64,000 nucleotides of DNA from Blasia pusilla (taxonomy: Eukaryota). The stretch's first letter is position 1; each line of letters opens with the position of its first letter. Shown here piece by piece: positions 23,930 through 36,523 of this stretch. The stretch lies in assembly GCA_050084515.1 (NCBI GenBank), contig CM114271.1, positions 48,050,001 to 48,114,000 of the forward strand. The letters run 5' to 3'. Under the pieces are notes generated by a model that was given only the letters and a program-made list of their open reading frames with translations, did no database searches and was not told where the DNA came from. The translations under genes were made by a program, and so were the position numbers.

Positions 23930-26900
23930 ATGGCTACCTCTCTTTCAATTTGTGCTCGCCCTCCTCCGCTGGGTGAAGGGAAGTTAGATGGGTCTAACTA
24001 TATGTTGTGGAAGTTCAAAATGAGAACTGTCCTCGAATCATTCGAGATATGGGAAATGGCCACAGAGGTCGATTCAAATCCACACGCTAGTTTGAGTTTT
24101 GCATGTTCATCTTCATATGGGGATATTGATCCTGTTGTATTGTTGGCATGGAGACGCAAAAATGCTGATGCTCTATATGCGATTATCAAGAATGTAATTG
24201 ATTGTGTCATGACTCTCATTCAACATACAACCACTGCTGCTGAGGCGTGGAACATTTTGAAGAATCAAAATGAAACGAGGAATGAGACTCGGATTCAAAA
24301 TTTGGAGGATCAGCTTACGTCAGAGAAATTTTCAGAAGGAGAAAGCGCGGAGCAATTTTTGACAAGGATCAAGAATCTTCAAGATCAGATGGCGTTTGTA
24401 GGAATTTCAAAGTCTAGCAAAGATTTGGCATGTCGGTGCATGAGGATTTTGCCTCCAAGGTATGACAATTTGGTCATTGCAGTGAATACTAAAGTAAGAT
24501 CCACGCTGCTTACTTTTGAACAATTAAGTGCAATGTTGGTAGAAGAGGAAATGCGCTTCAAAGCAAGAGAGGGAAGTGATGCAGCATTTACTGCCAAGGT
24601 ACTGAGAGGTAGAAATCATGATTACAGTTCAAATGTCAAGAAGAAATTTCCAAGAAAAGCCTTCAAATTCTTTTATTGTGGTAAGCTTGGTCATCTTATC
24701 AAAGATTGTAGAAAGAGGAGTCAGGATGAGAAGAACGGTTGTTTAAGACCTAAGAAGGAGTCTGGAAATTCTGTAGAACTAGGAGAACATGAAGTAGATG
24801 CTTGGGTAGCAATAGAAGAGTTTTGCACACAGGCAGAACATTCTAATAAGTCAAAGAGTGAAGATGCATGGGTGCTCGATAGTGGAGCATCTAGACATAT
24901 GACCAATCATAAGGATTGGTATAGCTCCTTACAGCCTCTACAGGAGCCCATCGTTGTTAGTGTTGGGAATAATGCAAAGTGCCCTCTAGAAGGGAAAGGC
25001 ATAATTTCTTTAGTCTCATACAAAGGAGATGAAAAGAAGTTAACTGATGTACTATACGTACCAGAGTTGAAGCGAAATTTGATTTCAGTGGCAGTATTAT
25101 GTGATCGTGACCTAGAAGTTCGTTTCAAGAAAATCGGAGCAGTCATTGAGGATGCCAATGAGAAAGTAGTGAATGAAGGTATACGACGTGGAAATATCTA
25201 CGAGTTGTATGCTTTCACGACAAGTGTAGGTACAGATCTAAGTAGCAATAAGTTGTGGCATGAAAGATTTGGTCACCTAAGCTTTCCCTTACTAAGTCAG
25301 ATGCAGAAATCTGGCATGGTTGCTGATTTACCAACAATTTCTGGAGTGTCAGATACTTGTGAAGCTTGTATAATGGGCAAGCAACACCGAAAACCATTTC
25401 CACAAGAGTCCAGCAATAGGGCAAAGGCTCCTCTAGAGTTGATACATGCTGACCTCTGTGGTAAAATAAGAATAGTGGCATTAGATGGTTCTTCCTACTT
25501 CTTTTTAGTTATCGACGATTATAGTAGGAAGATGTGGGTGTATTTCCTTCGTGATAAGACAAGTGCTTTTGGAAAATTTAAAGTATGGCACAAGCTGGTT
25601 GAGAATGAGACAGGAAAGAAGGTACAAAAGCTTCACACCGATCGGGGAGGAGAATTCTTATCAATAGAATTCAACAAATATTTGGGGGAGCATGGAATCA
25701 ACCGACAGTTAACCACGACACATACACCACAACAAAACGGAGTTGTTGAGCGTCAAAACCGTACAGGGGTGGAGATGGCAAGATGTATGATGAAAGAAAA
25801 AGGTTTGACAGAAGGATTTTAGGCTGAAGCTATGAACTTCTAAATAGAAGTGCTACCAAGTCAGTGCAAGACATGACTCCTCATCAATCATACTCAGGTA
25901 AGGTACCATCAATCCAACATTTCAGGACTTTTGGTAGTGAGTGTTTTGTACACATTCCTGAAGCATCTAGGACCAAGCTCAAGTCCAAGAGCAGGAAGTA
26001 CATCTTTATGGGATACAGTGATGAATCTAAAGCTTATCGCCTTTGGAGTCCTGAGGAAAAGAAGATGCTTGTGAGTCGTGATGTGGTGTTCGAGGAACAA
26101 CCTCATCAAGTGGCGGATATGAGTGGTCCTTCCACATTATCATCAAATGAAGAGATAACCCACCAGAGCACACCACAAATATTTACACCAGATCATCAAG
26201 AAGAAGAATTTGGTGATGATTACAAAGAGAAACCTTCTTTTCCACTACAGTCGTCATACCCTAAGTGGATAAAGCAGCTCTTGGATGGTAAGGATCCACC
26301 AGCAACTGATGAAGTTGTTACACATCCAAGGAGATCCAAGAGACTAGAGGAGCAGAATAGAGCTTGCGCACATCTCGTCAACATGGCCTTGATGACAAGG
26401 TCTTTAAGGTGGAAGAGCCATCATGCTTGGATGAGGCCCTTGCGCATCCTCAATGGAGAGAGGCCATGGAGATGGAGATGGACGCTATTTAGAGGAATGA
26501 AACTTGGACTTTGGTTGAAAATCCAAAGGACAGGAAGATAATACGCACCAAGTGGGTGTACAAGATCAAGTACAAGTCGGACGGTACATTGGATAAATTC
26601 AAAGCGAGGTTGGTCGCACAAGGATGCTCACAAATCGAACGTTTTGATTACTATGAGACTTTTGCTCCTACTGCAAGGATGACAACGATTCGAATTGTTC
26701 TAGCGGTTGGAGGAACAAGACGTTGGCCTGTATACCAATATGATGTGAACTTTGCCTTTCTGAACGAGAGTCTCAAGGAGGAGGTATATGTTTCCCAACC
26801 ACCAGGTTTTGAGACACCCAGATCAGAAGAGAAAGTTTGTTTACTTCATCGAGCATTGTATGGGTTGAAGCAAGCCCTTAGGGTATGGTATCAACAAATA

Positions 26901-27938
26901 GATACATTCTTTCGAGAGAAGGGTCTCATCAAGAGTCCGTTAGAAGCAAATTTGTATGTGTTTTGCCAAAATGGGATATATATGTTGATAGTCCTGTATG
27001 TGGATGATATGATCATCACAGGAAAACACAGTAAGAAAATAGAGGAAATGAAGGGAGTGTTAAAATCTGAGTTTGAAATGTCAGATTTAGGTCTTCTGCA
27101 CTACTTTATAGGGTTGGAAATTTGGCAACAGTCAGATTCTATTTTTCTCTCTCAGCAGAAGTATGCTAGAAAAATCTTGAAGGCATTCGGGATGAGCGAG
27201 TGTAAGGCAGTGGTCTCGCCAATGGAGGTAGAATTGAAACTCTTGATGGAGGATGTTTCACCATTGGTAGATGAAAAGTTGTACAGAAAGCTTGTAGGCA
27301 GTTTGATATTTGTGTGTAACACTAGACCAGACATTAGCTTCGCTGTGGGAGTGTTGAGTAGGTTCTCAACTAAGCCTCGTGAGAACCATTGGAAGGTAGG
27401 GATGCGTGTGTTGAAGTACATCAAAGGCACTATCGAGTACGGCATCACCTATGGAGCAGGGACGAAAATGACAGGTTTTTGTGACTCAGATTGGGCATGA
27501 GATTCAGATTCTCGAGGATCAGTTTCGGGTTATTGCTTCTTGGTAGGATCAGGTGTGGTGTCATGGGTCAGCAAGAAGCAACCTACAGTGGCTCTTTCTT
27601 CTACCGAGGAAGAGTACAAGGCGGCTTGTTATACTTCTTATGAAGCAGTATGGTTGAGATGGATCTTTGAGGACGTAGGAAAAGCACCAGAAAGTGCTAT
27701 TGTAATGTGGTGTGACAATCAGAGTTGCATTGCCATAATATATAATCATGTGTTTCATGCTCGTACCAAACACATAGAGATCCAGTATCACTTTGTTCGT
27801 GAATTGATCGAGAGAGAGGTTTTGAAGTTAGTTTATTGTCCAACAGAGGATAACATTGTAGACATCTTCACGAAAGCTTTGAGCGGAGATCAGCTTCACC
27901 GACATCTGAAGGGTCTTGGCATAGGTCCAAGACAGTAG
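23930..27938 (+). pseudogene. Copia gag-pol polyprotein, disrupted by stops and frameshifts
   Basis: LDGSNY..WKFKM (gag), WVLDSGASRHM (protease), LWHERFGH and TDRGGEF...PQQNGVVER (integrase), KARLVAQG and LYVDD (RT), CDNQS...RTKHIEIQYHF (RNase H); premature TAG at 25820 in place of the FWAEA Trp. Confidence 0.95.
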
Positions 27939-27967
27939 TCCACATGAGAATGGATATTGAGGGGGGA

Positions 27968-28363
27968 TGTTGGATTCTCAACATCCACGTCTCTAAGCAC
28001 CATTAATCTGATCGGCCCCCTTGTATGAGGAGAAGCCTCGATTGATGGTTCCGACTTAGACGTCGAAGGAGTCATAGTAATATGACGTAGGTGGTTTTAG
28101 GAGCAGCGTTACTAGGTTTATCTAACCCTATATTGCATCAGGGTGCGGGGCCTCCTGATGCAATATAGAGTTAGATAAACCTAGTTTTCTCGAGTTGTCA
28201 AATAGTCGGGAGCCGCAGCGGTAGCGCATTCTCGTATGTCGAGTTATCTCCAAGTTCAAGTTCCATCGAAGCTCTTCTGTGAGCGCACGGACGGACTAGG
28301 CCACTTTGTATCTCTAAGTTTTGTAAAGATTTCAGTGATTTCGTCACTTTCTGTTTTCTCACA
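27968..28363 (+). repeat. 3' LTR of copia element, containing a ~75-bp hairpin at 28111-28185
   Basis: tgttggattctc...ttctcaca, preceded by the PPT. Confidence 0.95.
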
Positions 28364-28830
28364 ATTTGTAGGGTTTAAAATTATTTTTTTCATGTGTGGA
28401 TGCTCATTTGAAGTTTTGATTTTTTCCATGTGTTCTTGGGCTTGAATTTCCTCTTTGGGATAAGTTTCGTGATTTTAGGAACCATGGTTGAGGGGAAGAG
28501 GAGAAAACGAGGGGTCAACAAGGAAGAGGAGGGCTACGAGTAGGAATCTTCAAAGTCTTTGTTTCATTTTCATGTTCATATTGAATTTTCTTTTGTTCCA
28601 ACCATTGAATTGTGTGGAAACATGGAAGATGCTTTTTTATTAAATTCCTTGCAAACTTCAATGGTTCAGATGGCCCATTATGGCTCCCATACTTAAATAA
28701 AAAGGGAAACAATTTGTTGGGTTTATGACTTTAATCTCCATGTGTGGGTGGTCATTTGAAGTCTCTATGTTCATAGGCTTGGATTGCTTCTTTGAGAAAC
28801 TTTATTGGTTTTTTTTGGCTTGGATTGATT
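28364..28830. repeat. ~347-bp tandem repeat, right part
   Basis: Continues the units of 22790-23425 across the copia insertion. Confidence 0.8.
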
Positions 28831-29117
28831 TCTTGGTTGGAAAATTTTGGATGATTTTTTAATCGCTAGCTTATGTGACACCGTGAATTTGATGTGGCAA
28901 GGTATGTGGCTTTGGGACATTGGGATTTGTAGGTTTTTTTAGTTCAAAATTCCCGCTTTTGAAATATTAAGTACTATGCTTTTTTCATCCCGACACATCC
29001 AAGCCGTAGATCAAACGGATCTATTCTCTCATTCTAGTCGCATAGTGCGGCCGCGCTTTGGACCCTTATTTGGATCTATTCTCTCGTTCTAACGTGGGAT
29101 GCCGCCACACTTTGGAG

Positions 29118-29119
<2 letters not shown>

Positions 29120-29196
<77 letters not shown>
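29120..29196. repeat. (CT)n microsatellite, about 38 units
   Basis: Direct reading. Confidence 0.98.
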
Positions 29197-29198
<2 letters not shown>

Positions 29199-30633
29199 GT
29201 GTTCCGGTTGCCAATAGAGATTGAAGGTGCTCAGTGGATTTTCTTGCAAGGCAATGATTTTGCATAAGCGCAGCTTCATACTCTCATCTAGTAAGCTTCA
29301 ACACTGCTCCCTGTATCAAGTTTTTAGGGCCCGCTGATTTTGATTTGGAAATGGTGTTGGAGAGTGCTCAACTCACATTTACGTTTCCAATGTTGTCTCA
29401 ATAGAGCTCTACGTAAGTGCCAATCACTCAAAGAAGGAGAAGAAACATTATAGCATAATCATCGATGAGGAAGTAAAGCCAAGCAAGATTTGCAACAAAC
29501 CGCGATCAGGTGGGTGTGGCTCGTATTCTTGCTTATCGGTTAGACTCATGTCTCTATTTTATTTTGATATGGTCGATTGAGGAGACATTTCTCCGTCTCC
29601 CTTGTGCATCTGAACCGTGAAAGAGAGAATGTGGTAAGTGCGTTAAGTTGAAAGAGAGAACATCGACAACAATAGGGAATGGAAGGGCAAGGATTTCAAT
29701 AAATGGGGAAGAATCTGACAGTGCTTCTCACTATTTTTATGGATCTTGACTTGGGATGCGTATTTAGGTAGAACGGGTATAGGTTAGGAGTGATCGAATC
29801 ATAATCAGCCAACTTGGGATTTCTCTTCTTATGATCGAGGGTTAGTGCGGCCAATTCTAGAAGAACAGGGAGATTTTGTAAAATCGGCAGTGTGCTGAAC
29901 AAAAATGATGCCAATCGAATGCTTCAAATCTCTGTTCAGAGGCGCCTTCTTTTGAGTCTCCGCTCCTTTCCTCCGTCAAACTTTCTTGATTCTAACAACC
30001 TTCTCTGTCAACCAGGATCTCTAAGGCCAAATTTTATGATTGATTTTGCTTTGTCCAAAATTTGCTTGATCAATTTGATGACATCCATGCTTTTTCTTCA
30101 ATCAAAGTTTCTATGAATTGATCCGTGCTGCCCCCCTTATAGTCGCCGAGTACCCAAATATTTGATGTCTTCTAATGCTTTCTTGATCCTCACCAGGGAC
30201 GAGGAATTATTTCCCGTAGATTACTTTTTACCTAAACTTGCTCTCTCAATTCTGCGTAGAAAATAGAAAAGTACAAAAGAAACATCATCCTGACATTGTA
30301 GGCAAACAGGTTTGTACATGTTTAAACAAAATTCATGCTACTGATTTTGACTGTCATAGAGATATGTAAACGATTCTCTTATATATGGTTGGTGTAGAGA
30401 GACTACACTCATCAAGTAGTGTCTGTCGTAGCCTTGTAACCATAGACCCAGCGCCCAGGTTGGACGGTGCTAGAGACTAGGATGGGTGTAGAGAGAGGAA
30501 AACGTCAAGAAGGTATCATGAGGAGGGAGGCACTCTAATATAGTTTGAGTGCAGACCATACAAACTGCCAATTGGAAGCTGCTTACACCACTATCTATAT
30601 TACTTTATTGGAATTCCCAATACACATTACTTA

Positions 30634-32085
30634 CTAGTGTGGCAGCTTTGGGTTTGTGAAGAGAGAGAAAGAATGAATGAATGAAGTGATTTTTTTGTCT
30701 ATGGGGACCCAAACTGAGTCACGGGACTTGGATGCGCAAATTGTGCAACCATGGACGAGGAAGAACACAAACAAAGATTTTCCACAAGATCCTTGATCAG
30801 GTGTTGTTCTCTCTTCACACATCTATGTAAGAATTTAGGATTTTTGCTTAATGCAATTCTTTCTTTGTTGTCAACCTACAGGGATGTAGGAGTCATCTGT
30901 TCATATCCAAGATCATTCAAGAAGCTCCTCAACCAGATCACCTCTTGAGCAGCAAAAGAAAGCGCCATGTACTCTGCCTTTGTTGTAGAGAGTGTATCAA
31001 TTCTTCGTTTCTTATTGCATCAACTGATCACCCCTCCACTTAACAAGAAGACATATCCATTTGTTCATTTCTTTCATCAATATCATCTCCCCAACTTGCA
31101 TCTGAGAACCCTTCCAAGATTGGTCCATTTTCTTCATGCATGTATTCCAAGTATGTTCTTGTTGTGCCACGCAAAGATCTGAGTACTCTCTTCAGACATT
31201 TCCAATGTTCTATTGTAGGTTTGCTTGTGTACCTGGCTAAGACACCAACTTGGTATGCTAAATCTGCTCTAGTATACACCATAGCAAACATCAATGACCC
31301 TACAGCCCTTTGATATAGTGCTTGTAAATTGTCAACCTTTTCAGTTGAAGTTCCCATATCTTTGCTGAGTTTGCAGCCAGGATGTAGGGGTGTTGATATA
31401 GGCTTACAATCTTGCATGTTGTACTTGATCAAGATATTCTCTATATAATTTTCTTGACTTAATCGAATCCAACTCTCTTCTGGATTTCTCTCAATGTGAA
31501 TCCCCAATAGCCACTTTGCTGTACCCATATCAACCATCTCAAAGTTGCAACAGAGGTCTTTCTTCACACTCTTTACAGTGTCTAAGCTTCCTCCTAGCAT
31601 CAGAAGATCATCAACATACAATGCTATGTACATAGTGGAGTCTAAGGAGTACACTCCTTGATCTGCATTGCTACGTTGGAATCCTTTCCTAATCAGGTAA
31701 GCATCCATCTTCTCATACTAGCATCCAGGTGCTTGCTTTAGGCCACAAAGGGCTTTCTTCAAGAGACACCTCTTTCCTTGATGAATATATCCATATGGTA
31801 CCTCCATGTAGATCTTCTCTTTGAGTTCTCCATTTAAGAATGCAGTCTTCACATCCATCTGTACGACCTCCCAGTTTTGTTGAGTTGCTAATGCCAAGAG
31901 AACTCTAATGGATCCATACCTTGCAACAGGAGCAAAGGTCTCCTGATAGTCCAAGCCAGCCTCCTCATTGAAGCCTTTTGCAACCAGACGTGCCTTGTAC
32001 TTCAAGATCTCATTCTTTGGTCCCCTTTTTATTCTAAAGACCCATTTGCAACCAATGGTCTTTCTACCATGTGGTACTTGTGGTC
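30634..32085 (-). mobile_element. Ty1/copia RT-RNaseH fragment
   Basis: KYKARLVAKGF, QMDVKTAFLNG, LKQAP, LYVDDLL, GFSDASW in ORFs 31718..32005 and 31040..31708. Confidence 0.92.
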
Positions 32086-32529
32086 GCCATTTTCACTGGA
32101 TTGGAGGTGGCATGCCCACCAACCCAGATAGTGGCAAGGGTATGACGTGCATCCTTGTTGTGCTCCTTGAAAATCACGATTGGACTGGACCCTGGGTATG
32201 TGACCTATAAATCACCAACCTAGTCTTATTTTCTTAACCCTTTGATCCATTAATGTTTCGTAAGAGAATGATTGGTATACCAATCTTCAAACATAAACGA
32301 CGTGGAGGTAGTCCAAAAGGAAAATAGTTGTTAAAGAACCCGGTTGGATATATATGACTCATGCACTCGTTCAGAATGGAATCAACATTGAGGTAAATGC
32401 GCTCATGTACACAATGATGTCCAATTCATTAATGGAAAGTACTTATTATACACATCCAATTGCAATTTTATGTAAAGAATGCGAAATGATTATTACATCG
32501 CAAGAAATCAAGACATGATGTCAGCATTT

Positions 32530-33384
32530 ATATCATCAATATCTTTATTTCTTGGTATCAAAATAGCCATAGCTTTCATGACATGATGTTTTCCTTAGAT
32601 CATTAGAGACCACTCCCATAATATGCTGGAAAGAGCAATTTACTATCTCAAATGTGTGACGATGAGTCATGGATGCTTCATGCCATACAATGAGCATTGT
32701 AGCACGAATTAAGAAGGGTATATAACAATTGACTGATAAACTACAAATCACATAAGAAAGTGAATTAGAAGTTATCACTAATACTTAGAGGAATGAAGGA
32801 TTATTTTTATAATTGGTTTTAAAAATTAAGAAATGCTCATTTGCAAGTAGAGCTCTCATCAAGATTTATGGGAATCTGGAAGCGTGAATGTGATGTATGT
32901 CCTCCATCTAACAATATAGCAACTATTCGGGATGATGCCACAACTAACGCTATATCTCTTGTACATCACACACTACCAAGGAGTATATTATATAGAAATG
33001 TCTTTCCTGTTCCACTTAGGCCTCTGATGACAAATATTATTGGAGATTGTGGTTTGGGAGGATTCAAGCATATTCAATCAAGTTCATAATATTTAGCATC
33101 CCAAATAATACGTTGTTCATCATTCAAACTCGCTTCTCCCAATTGAACTTGTTCAAATAAGTCCTCTACATTATATAATCACTCTTGTTCTTCAAGAAAT
33201 GAATGTGCATCCATGTTTTGGGAGTTAGCTTGAGGCATGTCTAGGAAGTCAAACAATCTCTTTCCTTGATTTTGCAAATAATGATGCACTTCCACACAAC
33301 GTCAATGATAGAATCATCGACGGGAAGATCATGAATTATTATTTTTTGCAATGGAAGGGCCAAGGCAAATGAAGAGGTCCGGAT
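32530..33384 (-). mobile_element. Helitron PIF1-type helicase fragment
   Basis: Minus-strand LNDEQR, GTGKTFLYN (Walker A), VASSRIVAILLDGGHTSHSRFQIP and LIVWHEASM (DE motif decayed). Confidence 0.85.
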
Positions 33385-36300
33385 TATTGAAGACTGAGTT
33401 ATAATCAAACTCATGAGACACTTGAATTGCAACATTTGGTACTCACACAAAGTAGGGAAGCTTAATCTTGGTTAATCATTTAAGCGCGATTATCTTAACT
33501 AGGGTTAGTTAATCATAATTAGTCTAACTCGAGACTATGGTTAAAATTTGGTTAGGGTTATTTGTACATACCCTATATAATTTAGAAGAGGACGAGGCCC
33601 CACTCATTCCAAAATTTTGTTCTCCATGAAAGTGTGAGAGTCTTTTTCCACCATATATGTTTCTTTAGCAATTTTCTATATGGTATCAGAGCGATAGGAG
33701 AACATCACTTGAAATTCTTTGTGTTTGAGGAGAGAAGAGAGGTGAGAGAAGGCACAATTTCAGTTTGGGAGAAGGAAATTTTGTTCAAAACTCAATGGGC
33801 GTAGATTTTACATGGAGTTTTGACGGTGATAAAACTTTGGAGGCGTTTTTTAGGGCTTTCCCAATCAATTTAGCCATTTTTGTCCACATGAATAAAAATA
33901 ATGCCATATTTTGGTCTAACCTTCTTATAGAGCTTGTTGAGAGCTTTCCAACGCATCCAAAATCGCTCAATTTTGGCATTCTAAACTCCTGCATTAGCAA
34001 TTTCAGTGTAGGAAAATACAATTAGTGAAGAAAAGTTGTGTAGTTTGCTCTCTATAAGCCAATTTCTATTAGTTCTTTCATACAGTTTATCAATTTTGGC
34101 AAATTTCAAGTTGATTTCTATTTAGGAGGGATCTATGCTTCAATTGGAGTGGTGGAGAGCATAAAATTATATTTTTGTGAGTGAAATCGTTCGTCATGGA
34201 GTATTCCTCAAGAGCAATCATATGCGAGAATCTAGATAAGCATAATTACAATGTTTGGAAGTTTCGCATGAAATAATGAGTCAAGAACTATGGGAGCTTG
34301 TCACAGGTGATGAGGCCGAGCCAGAAGGTGACTCAACAAGCTTGAATGTTCACGCTTGGAACAAACACGCAAGCCAAGTAATCCATTATATTTCAATACC
34401 TATCAGCTCGCCAATGATAGGTCACATTCAAGATGTTGATACTCCAAAAGAGGCCTAATGTGCATTGGAAAATTTATTCTAGACATCTACAAAGGCTAGA
34501 AAACTTCAATTGAAATATTAATTGGAAAAGTGAGGAAAGGATCGTAGAGCATCAGACATATTGTTGATCAGTTGAATAACATTGGAGTGATAGTAGAAGA
34601 CGATAATTTGATTTTGTTCACTCTTCAAGGCCTTCCAAAGGATTACAAATTCTTCAAGAACTCTATCTATGTGAGAGAGAAGTATCCAACCTTTCAAGAG
34701 TTAGTCCCACTGTCAATCAATGAAGAGATGCGTCTCGTAGGCAGCGGTAACTCGTCTAGTCTACAAGAGAGTGCGTTATTTGATATACCTTCCGGTAAGG
34801 AAACTATTGGTTGCAAATGGGTTTACAAAATCAAACGTAATCAACATGGTACAATTAAGAGATACAAAGCCAGATTGGTGACTAAGGGCTATACACAACA
34901 ATATGACATCGATTACGAGGAAACATTTAGCCTGGTTGTAAAGATGGAGACTACGAGAACAGTGGTTGCAGTTGTAGTAAGTAAGAAGTTGAGATTATAT
35001 CACATGGACGTCAATAATGTCTTATTGAATGGAGATCTATATGAGGAGATATATATGACTCAACCACTTGGATACGAGCATCTTCAATTTCCATTTCGCG
35101 TATGCAGTTTGAAGAAAGCTCTATACGGGCTCAAACAAGCTCCAAGAATTTGGTATGACAAGATTACATACGTCCTACAAAAGTTGGGTTTTAGGATATG
35201 TGATCTGACTCCTCGTTATATGTCTTGAGAGGACAAGATCATATGGTTATCATTGTGTTGTATGTTGACGACCTCTTAATTATTGGGAGTATTGAGGATA
35301 TGGTATAATAAGTCAAGCTACAATTACAAGCATAATTTGATATGAAGGACTTGGGAGAACTCAAGTACTTGGTGTTGAGTCTATCAAGGTTGGAGAGAGC
35401 ATGTGGCTATTACAACAATAATATGCTCTTCATGCTTTCAAAATATGGTATGACAACTTGTAAGCCAATCTCTAGATCGTTGGACCAAAGTGTGAAGCTA
35501 AGAGTGGACAAAGGAGAGTTGCTTGCAGATTCTAACATGTACAGACACATGGTTGGGAGTTTGATGTATCTGACTATAACTATCCCAAATTTGAGCTATG
35601 CAATTGGCCTAGTAAGCCAATTTATGCAAGCACCTCGAAAACCTCATCTTGATGATGTGAGGAGGATTATGCGGTATGTGAAATTATTTTTCGATTCTGG
35701 CTTCAATTTGACCCTTCTTAGAGTTTACAATTACAGGGATTCAGAGATGCAAATTGGGTAGGAAGCATGTTTGATAGACACTCCATATTTGGTTATTCAT
35801 TTACTTTGGGAAGCGCAACTATAAGTTGGGCTTTAAAGAAGCAACCTACAGTTGCTTTATCTTCAATAGAGCCTGAATATAGAGGAGCAACCAATGCAGC
35901 ACATGAGGCGGTGTGGTTTCATCTATTACTTGTTGAGATTGATGATAGTAACTTATGATCTAGTGTATTATATGCATACAATATATGTAGCATCAAGTTT
36001 GCTAATAACCATGTGTTTCATGCTCGAACAAAGCATGTTAAGGTGCACTATCATTTTCTCAGAGAGAAAGTGCTTGCGTGATAAATTGATCTTGTGTATA
36101 TAGGTACAGATCCACAAATTCCTGATATATTTACAAAGGCATTATCTAGAGATAAGTTTGAGATATTTAGAAATAATTTAGGCGTTAGAAATATCGATAT
36201 GAGCTTGAGGGGTAGTATTGAAGAGTTACAATCAAGCTCGTCACACATCCGGATTGCTACACTTGGTTCTCACACGAAGTATGGAAGTGTAATCTTGGTT

Positions 36301-36523
36301 AGCCAGTCAAGCGCGATGATTTTAACCAGGGTTAGTTAATCACAATTAGTCTAACTCGAGACTATGGTTAATATTAGGGTTAGGGTTGCTTGTACATACC
36401 CTATATAATTGAGAAGGGGATCAACCTCCACTCATTCTCTCATTGCAAAATTTCATTTTCCATGGTGGTGTATGAGTGCGAGAGCCTTTCCCACCAATTA
36501 TGCTTCTTTAGAAAATTTCTATA
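33385..36523 (+). mobile_element. Old, internally deleted Ty1/copia element (no protease or integrase) adjoining the Helitron fragment
   Basis: 5' LTR ~33385-33680; PBS tggtatcagagc at 33681; PPT ttgaggggtag; 3' LTR 36216-36523; flanks ggat(t)/ggac(t); gag fused to RT in ORF 34572..35228; YVDD at ~35260; RNase H to ~36200. Confidence 0.9.

Larger units (their letters stand above)
23426..28363 (+). mobile_element. Full-length Ty1/copia LTR retrotransposon, inactivated
   Basis: 5' LTR 23426-23857; 3' LTR 27968-28363; PBS tggtatcagagc at 23858; PPT ttgagggggga at 27957-27967; TSD atttt/atttg; gag-PR-INT-RT-RNaseH order. Confidence 0.97.

Noticed and set aside
29200-30240. Possible decayed coding sequence
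   Set aside because: Multiple stops in all frames and no recognisable motif.
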